Part shown: positions 38,014 through 50,506 of the stretch, piece by piece | Numbering within the stretch: position 1 is the stretch's first letter | Layout: each line of letters opens with the position of its first letter | Assembly (NCBI GenBank): GCA_008632985.1 | Contig: QPGO01000022.1 | Location: 124,001 to 188,000, forward strand | Source of the DNA: Psammoneis japonica | Lineage: Eukaryota | Length of the DNA: 64,000 nt | Direction: 5' to 3' | The notes under the pieces: generated by a model | Seen by the model: only the letters and a program-made list of their open reading frames with translations | Databases searched by the model: none | Told to the model about the DNA's origin: nothing | Program-made: the position numbers and the translations under genes

Positions 38014-39915
38014 CTACAACAATGCATTCATTCCGTCGAGATCGGTGTTCGTTCTCCTATGACTGGCTGTTTGTACGGCACCGTAGACTCCAAATACGCT
38101 AGAAGCTAGCGGCTGGCTGTGTGTCCGATTTCTTGTTCGAGGGGCATTTCTTGCAACCCAGTCTAGTAATCTCGCTCGCTCTTCTCGTAACTCTTCATCA
38201 TTCAAAGTAAGGTCGAAGCCAAGAGATGCAACGTGACGACTTCTGACGTATGCACCATGCAGCAAATAATCCTCCGTTCCTCGACGAACTCGCACCAAAG
38301 CTCCGGCTTCATTGGCTTGCAGCACAGCTGGACTAACGAAAGGCTGGCTGAGCCTGTCGCGAGCAGCACTGTCATCAAAGAACTCGTGCATTATAGTTTC
38401 CTCAGGTTCTGGTGGCTCCTCTTCGCCAGCAACGTCTGCCTTTGTCCATTGTGGCAGACGAGCAATAAATTTGTATGTGAAAAGAATGTTGACGGTTGCT
38501 CCCACAAGTAAGCAGGTAAGCCAGTACATCCACAAGGCGTCCTTGAAAAATGATCTTGGAGCGATCGAGGAAAACGCATTCACCGCACCGCGATAAACCT
38601 GAATCGCGTTTGCATGAGACAATGTTGGGAAACAAAATGCAGCATGTGCGGGAGAAAATGGTTTGGTCTTGAATGTATCCCATCGGGAGAAAAGAGAATG
38701 CAACGCAGAGGCCATTCCAACGAGGGATAACATAAACATCATGTGCTGAAATCGAAGATACCACACGCGATGATGCTCGACAAACTCATGCATCGACGCA
38801 GCAGACGCCTCAATTTCTTTTTCTCGCTGAGCTGATGGTTGCTGCATAAGGGTGAAAGCATACAGTGTGATGCTCGGTGCTGAAAGCTGAATCCAGCACA
38901 CTGGGGCTGAAATCCTCTTGTTCAAAGCAACTCGAATGAGACTTGTGAAGAATGTACTGAAGAAGAAGACGAGCGTTAGAGACATGAGGGCCTTTCCGAT
39001 TAGAGGAAAATACAACCACGTCTTTATAGCAGCGTAACTGAGGCCCACTGTATTTGGAAACCAACTTGGGTCGGGCAGCATTCGATATTTGTAAGTCATG
39101 TAGTAAAACCAAAAGGCGAGGCACACATGAAAGGCAGAGGTGAGAAGAACAATTATCTCTCCCACGATGCCTCGTCCGGCAAAAATGCACACCATTGTAA
39201 TGCACACAACACCCATGGGAGTTGATCTTGTCGGATCCGCTAACTCGTCGATTACGACTCGCCAGGCGAGACAAGCCTTCACGAAGAAAACCAGGCAGCA
39301 ACATCCACCAACAATGTGGCACAAATAGTGGAAAGCCAGAGCAACCCGAAAGTATGAGTTGTCGTTGCATCCGACCCCAGAGAAACAACCAGGGAATTCC
39401 AAAAAGGTGCACTTTGCGGATCGATAGTGTGTCGGTATACAGCTCGGGAGCATTTCTTCGGTGAACTTGAATGTTACCACGCCCATCGTCACCCAAGATA
39501 ATCCAATAGCTCCAATCGTCAACGGCATGTTACTTACAAATACCTCTAGATAAGAAAGGAGCGAGGCGAGATAATCCAAGCATGGTTGAATCCGTTTGCG
39601 TCGAAGTTCGTTGAGAATTGAACCCTCACTTTTAGCGGTATTCTCTGCATCAAATTCTGCTCTCCATTGGGCAATCAATGCTTCCCTCTCCTTGTGGAGC
39701 TCACTCATGTAATCTCCGCGTTGTCGATGGCTGCGTTCGCTCTGTGATAAACATTGTAATTTTAAAAGCAGTTTAACAGAAATCGTGCTGGAAACCTAAT
39801 AACTCGGTTTTGTGCACCGGTTTCACTGGCTTACCGTAACCTTTGTGCTAACACCATTTTCGCTCGTGTTCTTGATTCCGTTGTCCCGTGCTTGGAGACA
39901 CTCCTCCATGAACAT
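38014..39915 (-). CDS. SLAC1/TDT family (tellurite-resistance/dicarboxylate transporter, anion channel) membrane protein
   Basis: About 9-10 hydrophobic helices; PSWFPNTVG and FSPAHAAFCFPT motifs. An in-frame upstream exon 39835-39915 is joined by GT-AG intron 39742-39834. Confidence 0.85.
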
Positions 39916-40079
39916 GGCTTTTCACTTTCGACTGCAACCACGTTTCCTGCGAGAATCACGATCAAGGCCCCCAAACCATGACTTTCCAGGGGGTCTTTCC
40001 ACCGCAATGCCTTACAACACTTTCAACTACTTGCTTTTTGTTTACACGGTAAGTTTAGGTCTATTGTACCGGTAAAATC

Positions 40080-43000
40080 AATTTGGCAAATTTGGCCGCT
40101 GGCCGCTGCCCCGTGGCCCGTGGCCGCGCGCGGGCCGCGGAACGCAGGCGTGAGCCGCACAGATGCAACGGCCAGATCAACCAAAAATTTTAACGGCACT
40201 GCAGGTCTGGGCAGGTGCGGTTGTGTTGGCATTCATTCGTTGACATGCCAGCGATCTGGGTTGATCGGTGCAACAAAGACTTCCTGGAATGCTGTTGTGT
40301 AACAGTGTTTACCTTCTGTTTCCATTGAAGTTCCTCATCTTCCTTGCCAAGCATCCCCAAGAAGCTGCTGCTCTCACATGATTGTTCTCATCTAGTGTCT
40401 TCTCTGGTGTCTGTGGCTTTTGTGTGAGATGGTGACAAAGCAGTGTCGGGTGTCACAGAGCGAGCAAAGATCTCTGTGCAGATCTGGCTGCAATGTTCAC
40501 AGCACCAGCAGAGAGTCAGTGCACCTGACTCTGGCCATGTCCTGCCAATGCTTTGAGGACACCGACGCACACCCTCCTCTCCCCCCCTTTGTGTGCCAGA
40601 GCAGGAGCCCCCCACAAAAACAAAAGTGCGGGGCATTTGCACTGAGCCAAAACTGCCTTCTGCAGAAAGCATCAAAGTGGCAGTGCTTGTCAGCCTTGAG
40701 CCTCTGCAGAGCACATGCCATGGCACAGGCACACACGCAGCTTGCCCAAACAACAGCCTTGGCGAGCGAGCGCATCCCTGTGGCATTGACGATGCCTGCA
40801 GTGTGCCCGGCAAAAGCTTTTTGGGCTGCCCACCAGCCTTGGGTTGCAGCGGAGCATCAACATGTGCCATCCTCTCTGTTCTTGGGGAAACATGGCAGTT
40901 CTTGCTTGGCCCTCTTTTGTGCAGCAGCAATCAAAGAACGGCTGGGGGGAAAGGGCCACACAACTGAGAAGTTGTGTGGCCAAAATGTTGTTCTGGCACA
41001 GATCTGAGCATTGACATGTGTGTTGGTCTCTCAGTTCTTGGGAAACACAGTGGCTCTTGCTTGGTCCTCTTCAATGCAGCAGCAAAGAAACCGTTGGGGG
41101 GAAATGGCCACACAAAAGCAGTCAGAGTGTCTCAGTTTTGTGAGAAGTTGTGTGGCCAAAAAATTGATCTGGCACAGATCTGAGCATCAACATGAGACAT
41201 GTGGCAGTCTTTCTGTTCTTGGGAAGATGCAGCGGGTCTTGCTTGGTCCTCTTTGATGTGGCATCAAAGAAAAACCATTGGGGGAAAAGGTTCGCACAAG
41301 CAGTCAGAGTGTCTCAGTTTTGTGAGAAGTTGTGTGGCAAAAAAATTGTTCAGATCCCTTGCACTTCACAATGATGTGGTGAAGCACAGGGCTGCCAGTG
41401 GACAACTGCAATGTTCTTCAGGATTGATGGTGGCTGTGTGCGCCTCCCACCTCTGCCTCTCAGGAACATCTCCAGGAGATGGATGAAAAGCTTGAGCTGC
41501 AGTGAAGAGATGAGAGACCCCACATGAACTGGTCTCACAACCTGACAAAATCCTTCTGCCTTCAAAAGATGTGCACAATGACAACAGCGCCAGGTGCAGC
41601 TGAAAATCTCCATTGAGATCTGGCTGTGCAGAGCCAACTGGAGAGAACACAGTGCATCTTTCTGTCTCTCTGGGGGTGTCATGGCCATGTGCCAAGGATG
41701 CAAGCAGCTGTGGTGATGCTTGAGAACAAATTTTTGAGCCCCAAGAGTTTTTCAACAACAACAAAGGAGCCACTGACCCAGCTTTGGACACCGCCAGCTT
41801 GCTGGTGGTGGGGGCAACTCAAATCAACCACAGTTGGTGTGCCTGCTGATGTGGAGTTGACAAGCAGCTTTCCATGACACACTCACAAAGAGCACACAAT
41901 GGCCAACAAGCAGTCCGGCAAAACCCTCTGCACACAAACCCCAACAAGAAGGGGGGCACTTGGTTTTTTTCTTTCTGAAGTCCCAAGGTTGCTCCCATGC
42001 CTCCAGAATCTGGCCATGTGTGCTTTCTTCCTCTGGCATCATGGGCACAATGCAAGAGCAGTTGCAGAGGCCAACACAGAGGAGCTGCGCAAGCTTCAGG
42101 AGGAACCTGGGCAAGTGGACAAGCACTCAAATGGGGGTGTGTCAGTCCATTGACAGCTCATCCATTTTGAGTTTGGTTGGCCCCACTGGGGGAGGGGGGG
42201 GCCAATCAGCCACTGCAAAGTGCAAAAAACTGCATTGCTCAGAGGGTGGCTTGCCTCAATCCTGACCCACCAAATGGAGCAACATGAAAATCCTCAGACT
42301 CTTGTTTAGAGAATGACCAAAGAATGACCTTTGCACCACATTTTTCTTTTTGTGACTCTCAGGTGCCCACGAAGCTGGCTTGCCCAGATGATCCCAGGTG
42401 TGGCAGGTTTTGCCAGCCAGCAGCAGCAGCAGCTCAAAAAGCCCTTGCTGTTGCCCTCTTGCACCCCCCACTCTCTGGCCTTGCAATGCCAGGCATGCTG
42501 CCTGTGCCACAAGTGTGCGTGTGCTTGTTTGTGCTGACTTGCTGCTGATTTGTGTGTTGCCACAAGTGTGCGCTTGTGTGTTTGCTCAAGCTGCCATTTT
42601 TAAAGAGCAATTCTTGAGATGGCACACATTTGAGATGCCCCCCTCCTTGCTGTTCCAGGAAGCACCCTCTCCTTTTTGGAAGTGCTTGCCACACAGCCCA
42701 GCCTGCTCAAACACATTTTCCCAGCAGCTGAAATGACCAAAACAAGGTGGCACATGCAAGCCAAGAACAGCCGGCAGCATTTCTCATTCTTGCTTTCTTG
42801 TCAGTGCCTCTTCTCATTGCAGCAAATGCATGCCACCCTTTGATGATCTCCAATGCTCACAGAGCTGTTTGGAGCAACCGTCTTCTTTGATGTTTTCCAC
42901 CTGCCATCATCAGACACAAGATTCTGGAATTTCACCATGACAAAATTGTGCACTTTCTCTTTGAGGGTTGCTTTTCTGCAGTCTCTCAAACCTCCTTGCA

Positions 43001-44250
43001 AAACAGTGGAGGGGCCTCAGAGGTTGCCAGCTCTTGCTCTGGAAAGCAGATGAGGCAAAGCCAACTGGGCATGTTTTCACCCAAGGTGAGAAACATGCAC
43101 TTGCATCTGCCCTTCTTCCATCACTGCACATTTTGTGCTGGCAAATCTCAATGGACTGCCCCCCAACATTTCATTGCTTCTTCCCTCAGATCTGATTGTT
43201 TGAGTTGTCGGCTGTTGCTCTTGTTGCTTGGAGGCTGCAGACAACAAAAGAAAAGTTTCAAGAAGAAAACAATGGGCAACTGTGCATGTGGCCACTTTTG
43301 CTGCACCTCTGAGCCACTCATGCTGAAAAAGAATGGTGCTTCAACTCCATTTTTGTGACAAGAAAAATTGGAGGCACTGACTTTGCATGTGCGCGCTGCT
43401 TGCGTGATTGGCCATTTCAAAGGTTGGCTGGCTTGTCAACCTGTGTGCAACTCTTGAGCTGCTCTGCATTTGACCATTTGTGATGAGTTGAAATTTTGTG
43501 CCTGTTGGGCTTGTCTGGCAGCTCTCAAGTTGCTGCAAAATCTCAAAGCTGAGAGCTGCTTTTTTGTTGGTTCGTTTGTTGTTTTTGCGTGACCCAAAAA
43601 TGTTGCCCACAATGACTTGAAGCAGAGATGTCACATTGCAAAAATCACACCAGTGTGCCACAAAGACACACATTGTCAATTGTGCCGGTTGCCAAGTCGT
43701 CAGAGCCATGTGCCGACAAAAAAGCCCTGCTTTGCAGTCTGAGGAAGAGAAAATGAGGCAGATGAAAAATGCCACAAAAGTCAAAAAGCCATCCACAAGA
43801 CATGGAAAACAGCAAAAATCAAAATTTCAACCATGCTTTCATGTCAAGAGCAGTCTTGTTGACCTGCCTTGGCGCTTTTGCCTTCTCAGCCACAGCAGCA
43901 GCTGATGGCACAAAAGAGAGAATGGGCAAGTTTGCGCTGGCGACTGCACGGCGCTGTTTTCAATGTGCATGGTTTGTGACTTGTGGGTCCAGACATGAAA
44001 AAATGCACTTTCATTTTGGAGCTCGGTTTTCTTGCGCGGGTTTGGTGCTGGGTTTGCACGACATGTGGGTGCGGCGTGGCACACAAAACCTGCTTGTTTG
44101 TTCAAAAGCTTGTCTCCTGGGGGGGATGAAAACACACCACTGGCGAAAAAAGTGCCCACACACTGCAAAGCGGGGGGGCAATTTTTAAAGGGCTGACATG
44201 CACAGAAAAATGATGTGGCCAGTGCCCAGTGATGTTTCGGCTCACAATGA
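40080..44250. mobile_element. Unclassified TpA- and CpG-depleted repeat or decayed element
   Basis: Same composition as the TE block and contains internal repeats. No protein family recognised. Confidence 0.5.
40852..41356. repeat. Three-copy tandem repeat, about 155-175 bp unit
   Basis: Units start gagcat(ca/tg)acatg at about 40852, 41006 and 41182, and share tcttgcttgg.cctctt and tgagaagttgtgtggc. Confidence 0.9.
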
Positions 44251-44646
44251 TGTGTTGTGTTCGGACCTTGCCGCGATCAAGGGGACTACTTGTTGTACAA
44301 CATCATGCGTGTAATGTACCGTACAACTGTAGGGCTGCTGCATGCTGTTCTCAAGAGTTACTGCTCTGTTACTATCAAAAACTTGTATATTCGCCATTTA
44401 TACGTACACCTAATTAACATCCGTAAGAAAATTGGCGGCTTGGTCTTGGTAAAATTTGTAAAAGAGATATACATGGCTATACAGTTTATTCTTGTGAGGT
44501 ATCGACCGCCTCACAAAATCGACACACCCTTGCAAGACTTGACCTTGATTTTGTTCATCACAGCCATTTCCTTTTATGCAACATGTTTTGGGCCGTACAA
44601 TGAGGCGATAAAAACAACGACCTCACACCGCTGCTACGTTTAAACA

Positions 44647-45765
44647 ATGAAACGATGCAATTTTGCTCTTATTTTGGTGGCCACACTCGGCACTGTTGCT
44701 GAAGCGACACATCGCACCGTTGGGAATAGCAACAAAAGAAAAGCCCCAAAGTTGTCAGCTTTGGGTCGAAACCTCGGCGAGGAGAAAGGGAAAAAAGGAG
44801 CACCGAAACTGACGAAGCCTAAGTCGAAGTCGAAGTCGAAGTCAAAGACAAAGTCGAGAACAAAGTCGGGGAAGAAGGGAGAGAACGAAAAACCGCGTGG
44901 AGGGGGCGACAAACCTGCACCGGCGAAAAAGAAACCCTCCCGCTCACCAATACACAGCACTGGCAAAGCACCAACAGCTGGCGATGCCAGGGAAAGCGAC
45001 GTTGGCTCTGGTAGCGGGCCTGATCAAGCGTCACAGGAGAAAGAGTCGAACGGAACTCCCGTGGAACCGTCACCGCCACAGTCACCGCCACAGTCACCGT
45101 CACCGCCGCCGCCGCCGCCGCCACCTCCAGTTGAAGAAGCTCCCAGCCCAACGCCACCTGCAGGGCCCATCGAAGGAAATCCTACGCCACCGCCAGTTGA
45201 AGAAGCTCCCAGCCCAACGCCACTTGCAGGGCCCATCGAAGGAGATCCCACGCCACCGCCCGTTGAAGAAGCTCCGAGCCCAACGCCCGCAGCAGGGCCC
45301 ATCGAAGGAGTTCCCACGTCACCGCCAGTTGAAGAAGCTCCCAGCCCATCGCCAGTTACTGGGCCCATCGAAGGAGTTCCCACGTCACAGCCTTTTGAAG
45401 GAGTTCCCAGTCGAATGCCAGCAGCAGGGCCCACCGAAGATCCCGTTAGTACAGACATGCCCACTGGCCAAGCATTTGATATCTCCAATTGCGATTCCTA
45501 TTCGCTTGACTGGTATGTGACGTTAGCTTGAATTCACATTTCCCCGTCATATCTGCTTGTTGTTTCTAACGGTTTTAACCTATTGGTAACTAGGCTCGCC
45601 GATTTGCTGCAGACATGCAGCAGTCAAACCTTTGAAGATTCGGATGGATGTGAATGCACTACAGCCGCGAGACTCCTCAGTGACGGCTTGATCACCTGTG
45701 AAACAGCAGTCTGTCCAGATTCTTGCGAAGTGTGCTCATTTTGCATTCGACAAATCGGCTGCTAG
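44647..45765 (+). CDS. Secreted Lys/Ser-rich and Pro-rich protein with C-terminal Cys-rich domain (silaffin-like, cell-wall candidate)
   Basis: Signal peptide; RNL (RXL) motif; KSKSKSKSK and KSGK; about 22-aa PPPVEEAPSPTP.AGPIEG repeats. Intron 45513-45593 joins in frame to the Cys-rich exon. Confidence 0.8.
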
Positions 45766-46191
45766 ATGTCTCACCTTACCGTTTGGAAAGGCTGATGTCG
45801 TCGAAGAATCATCGCGCGAAGATACTTAGACAACTTGTCGCTAGACGTATCTTAATTTTTCGTCTCATGTGTGTAAGCCATTCAATCTGTTGTCGCTGTC
45901 ATAATGAGCTGCGCTAGAGTATGGAGCGTTGAAAGCAGTTATGGAGGACGGGGGGCCATCTGACCCACGAGAGCGGCGAAGTCGCAACAGTAGAACTAAT
46001 TGTTTAAGGTAGGGAACGGAATGGGCAATTGCTCCAGAGTAGATTAGAGGTCTACAATTTCTCTCTACTAGAGGTCGAAGAAGTCAGTGCGGTCAAGGCC
46101 AAAATCACAGCTTGATTTGTTGCGACCAGAAGTAATGTGGACGTGCATACATAGTGTGCATCATGTGTCACGACAGACTTGAGTCCACAAA

Positions 46192-49100
46192 TCATTCCTC
46201 TTCCTCGGATGAATGGTGAGAATGGTCATCCGTAGTCCAGTTTAAGTCTCTACGAATCTCTTCTCCTCTCTCTCTGAAGTCCTTGTGACTAGCTGGAGGC
46301 TTCCACCTTTCTACAACTCGTGAAACACCCCCCTTGTCGGGGCGCCTTCTCTTGCTACTCAAGTATAATGTAGCAATCACCTCGTCGAGTCGTAATCCCG
46401 GGACCGTGTGATGGTCCCGAGCTTCATATATAGCATTTTCGTCCGTTGGTGCAATGGTTGTGAGTTCGTCTTCCAACAACTCCACCTGCTCAAGGATGGT
46501 GCGTTCTTCGGCTGGATTCACCAGATGCCAGATGTCTCCGACAACGTTCTTTGTAATTCCGATGTCACAGAGACGTTTATGGAGGACAATAATAAAATCG
46601 TTTGCGTCACTGGAAGAATATCCGGAAGCGATCAACAAGAGCTCATGCACCGTAGTGAGAAACTCGAACTCTCTTTCAATGACTCTACCGAGCGCGGGCA
46701 TCGTTCCGGACAGGCCATCAAAATAGTCCCTCATGACATTGATATCGCCCGTCATCCTATCCAAAGCCCTCTTGTTGTCGATGAAGACAGAATTTTTGTT
46801 GTTGTTGTGGTTTTCCGCCTTTGTCAACAGGCATCGCATGTAAAACGCGATAGAGCCACGAAGGAGTGCATCCACTGCTTTCCTCAGCAATACAGGCTCG
46901 AGGTACTGCTCCAAATCGCCCATAAAATCTTCAAGCGTGACGACAAGCGTTCTCGCAAGGTCGTTGTGAGTTAGTTGCTCCTCCCATTCAGCCCCGAACA
47001 ACTCGTCACCTATCTCTTCGCGAATAGGCTCAAAAATGTACAGATGAACCGTACCTGCTGCAAATACTGCATCTCTGCCGTAAAGTGTAAGAAGTTCTTC
47101 CGTGCTCACTTCTTGCGCTTCAGTGTATTCATCGGAAAAGGTTGCTTTCTCCTTGATCTGTTCAACGATGTCCTCCAGCTTTTCACCCATCCTGTGAAAA
47201 TCATTAGCAGCGGCACAAGCAGTCTCAAGATCCTCAATAAACGCATCTCGTGTATGCACTTGTTTTAATCTAAGCTGACCAAAAATAAGATGAGCCGCAA
47301 GTACAAGCGCGTCAGACTTCCGCGAAAGGCGTTCTTGGATTGTTCGAAGCTGAACACCAGCGAGTGCAAACACATCTTCGGGAAGAGACGTGGTGAGCCT
47401 GCCTTCGGGTGACTGGTTTTTTGTGTGGTCGGCTCTGCAATAGAAAAAAATGAGATGGGGAGTTACAGATCACGAACGCTGTCAAACCAAACCAAACAAA
47501 AATCCTCTTTGCGATGAACTTACGAATACGCTTTGTCCACCCACTCTTCCGTCTGCCCCCTTGTTCGCCCAATGAACTCGTCCGTGGCCAGTCGGTGAAC
47601 ATCCCACAACGTATTATTGGCCCAGGCAAGAACATCACGGGCGCTATCCACGTCTACCTCCTTCTCATTGCCTGCCAGTAAGTCTGGTCTGTCGTTGTAG
47701 TACGTCTTTTTGGCATGAGTGGACGCGACGTCGGGGAAAACTTCTTCAACGGTTTCGCGAAAGTGTTCTACCCAGGCCATGAGATCCAAAAGTTGAGTGA
47801 CCGTGAAACCGGGTAGCTTCTGAGCATCTGGTCCTCCGATTTGTTGAAGGATTTGTCGCGAGCAGACTTTTGCAACCGACGTGCTCCAAACAAGTTCAAC
47901 ACCCCAGTAAGGAGGGAAGCATGGTGCAATTCTGTTCTTCACCTGGTCAACTTCGAAAACCAGCTCTGACGCCGCCCTGAGGACCGCATTTAACTGCAAG
48001 TCCACCTCTTCGTCCTCCTCAGCGTCATCCGCGGCCTAAAATTCGACGAGAAACAATCAAAATCGTCAAAAGCCAATATGCGACGCCTCTTCATGAATAA
48101 CACAAAGGCAAACGAAAAAAGGAATGCATTATACTGCCTCACCTGCATTTGGATATGTCGGAATACTTCCATGCTCCGGAGCTCAAAATCTTGGCAAATC
48201 TGGGATAGAGCTGCGGCTCGCATGTCCGTGAATTTCAGTCCGTCCTTCTTTTTCCCATCCGATGCTTCCTTCCCGTGGATCGCTTTAAATTCGTCAGCTG
48301 CACGCTCGTATACTTCAACCGCTTCCACAAGTGCCACCATTCCGCTTGGATTCGTAAGCGCAAGCTCGTACGCCGACCCAATGCCACTTAGCACACGAAT
48401 GCGAATTTCATCCCCGAGCTCCCACACATTCTTCACATGCGGGGCAAGAAAACGGTCAATGTGCTCGTAATTATTCATCGACGATCCGCCTCTGAAGCCA
48501 CCTCCGACATTACTAGCGCGCGAGTGCGAAGCTTCTCTTACACGGGCAGAAGTGCCTCCGTCGGCACGAGCTTTCATTCCCGCTTCCGCTTCCACTAACA
48601 GAATTTCTAGCTCCACGTGCTCCAAGCTGACGTTCCGTATAGTCGTCCATTCCTCTTCCGTATACTCACCACTATGCAATTCTTCTCTAAGTCGGTCACA
48701 AGTTGCTGGGATCTGGCTGAAGAATTCAAGTTCTCGGAAGCACCTCTGAAGATTGCGGCGCGCGTTCGGGACTGCTTTCAGATGCGGATAACTTGCCAGC
48801 GTGAAGTCCTTCTGGCCCTCCAGGTTTCCACCATTGGAGATATAGGTACTCAGCTCACGCAGTCTCCCCAAGTCACTCTTTGTCGCCGTGACAGCATCAA
48901 CGAGCTCTTGTACCTCACTTCCGCTTGCGGCCACTCCATCATTGAGACGAGCGTTAATGAGACTGAGCTCTCGGTGGGTGCTAGTTCGAAACTTTTCGAT
49001 TTCATTATCCATTCTAAGAGATCCTTCTAAAGGCATGCCCTGCGCCCCGATTTCAATCCCTTCACTAGTCTTGACAGAAGATTCTCCAACCGACGCCGCG

Positions 49101-49978
49101 GAAGAAGGCACAATAGCAGTTTTATAATCGAGGAGTTCGTCAATAAGCCCAGCGTCGTAAAGCCACGTGGACACAATACCAATGGCCCGTTCTTCCGCCT
49201 TTCTTTCGAAATCAGCAAGTGACAAACCCTGAACGGCCGTGTGAATGTCTGGAAGCTCCGATGGACGCTCGTATTGATCAGTAACAGTGGCTGAACCGTC
49301 GCGTCCGTCCTTCTCGTTGTTCTTGACATCAAGACGCTCATAGAATTTTTCCTGTGCCTTGTGGTAGTCATCAAATGGCCATTTTGCAAATGTGCATCGT
49401 TTCGCCTTCTTTTTAAAGATAGGGTGGCTATCTGGAGAGGTCTGAGAGTTCTTGCTTGCTCTGTCTTCGTCCTTGTTTCCACGCAGCCACGACTTGAACG
49501 CAGCTGTCGGCTTGGATCCCGTTTCCTCTACGCTTCCAGTAGTCTTTGCGCGGTTCGTGATACTTGACGGTCTTGATGGTCGGTCCGCATCCATGCCCGA
49601 AAGAATAGCTTGCTTCTCTTCCTGTTTGCTGTCTTGACGGAGAGCGTTGGATACGGGCGCGGAGGGAACTGTCGGACTTGAGCCCTGAGGCGTCTCGGGC
49701 TCTTCTCCGAACGGATTGGACGGATTATCCTGATTGTCACCCCCGAAAGGATTAGAAGGCCCGCGTGACGGAGGCGAGTCGTCAAAGGGATTACTACTTG
49801 GCGTTGGGCGTTGAGGTTGAGATCCCGAGTCGAACGGGTTCGTGGATGGTGTCTCTGGGTCGTCATCAAACGGGTTTGTTCTTTCGCCATTCCCATCGAC
49901 TTCTTCGTTCTCAGGGATGTCATACGTCTGGAAAGCGCGACCCGACGTGTAGCCATAGCGGCCTCGGCGGGAAGCCAT
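46192..49978 (-). CDS. SEC6: Exocyst complex component Sec6/EXOC3
   Basis: CFPPYW and TSLPEDVF motifs, ANDF in a helical C-terminus, NPF repeats at the N-terminus. Introns 48036-48142 and 47435-47523. Confidence 0.8.
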
Positions 49979-50506
49979 GGTTACACACCTCCTTTTCACC
50001 TTCACACAATCCAATGCCTGCCGAAACAGCAGACGAATCATCATCAGTATGTAGTTGGTCTACCGGTACGTAAATTCCACGAGGATAATGTATGGAGCTT
50101 CTCCAATCCTCAACGTACGCTACAAAAATTCAATCTACAGGAATAATAATAAAATATAAGAAATTCATATCTCGGTTTTGTATATTTCATTTTTTCAATG
50201 GAAACAGTCTGGCCTTCTATCAATCTGTGGAAATGATCGTCAACTGCAATTCGGAGCCGGTAGGCCCTCTAGAGAGTAGGGCCTATGGATACTCTATCTC
50301 TACTAGCTAGAGAGGATTAGTTAAAGGACCCGGACGGTAAATTTAGGCCCTGCCTACCGGTAGTACTACCCACCATATCTGTGATAGCATTATTTTACAC
50401 AACAAAGAAACAGTTCATTTGTACAGTAATATCTATTTCATTTAAAAAGTGTATAGGCATGTTGAACTAACTGAGGCAATCAAATCGCGACTCCAAAAAT
50501 CGTCAA

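Noticed and set aside
5300..44250. Very dense overlapping ORFs in all six frames, rich in Cys, His and Gln
   Set aside because: Expected artefact of TA loss, which removes TAA/TAG stops and turns Tyr into Cys/His. These are not independent genes.
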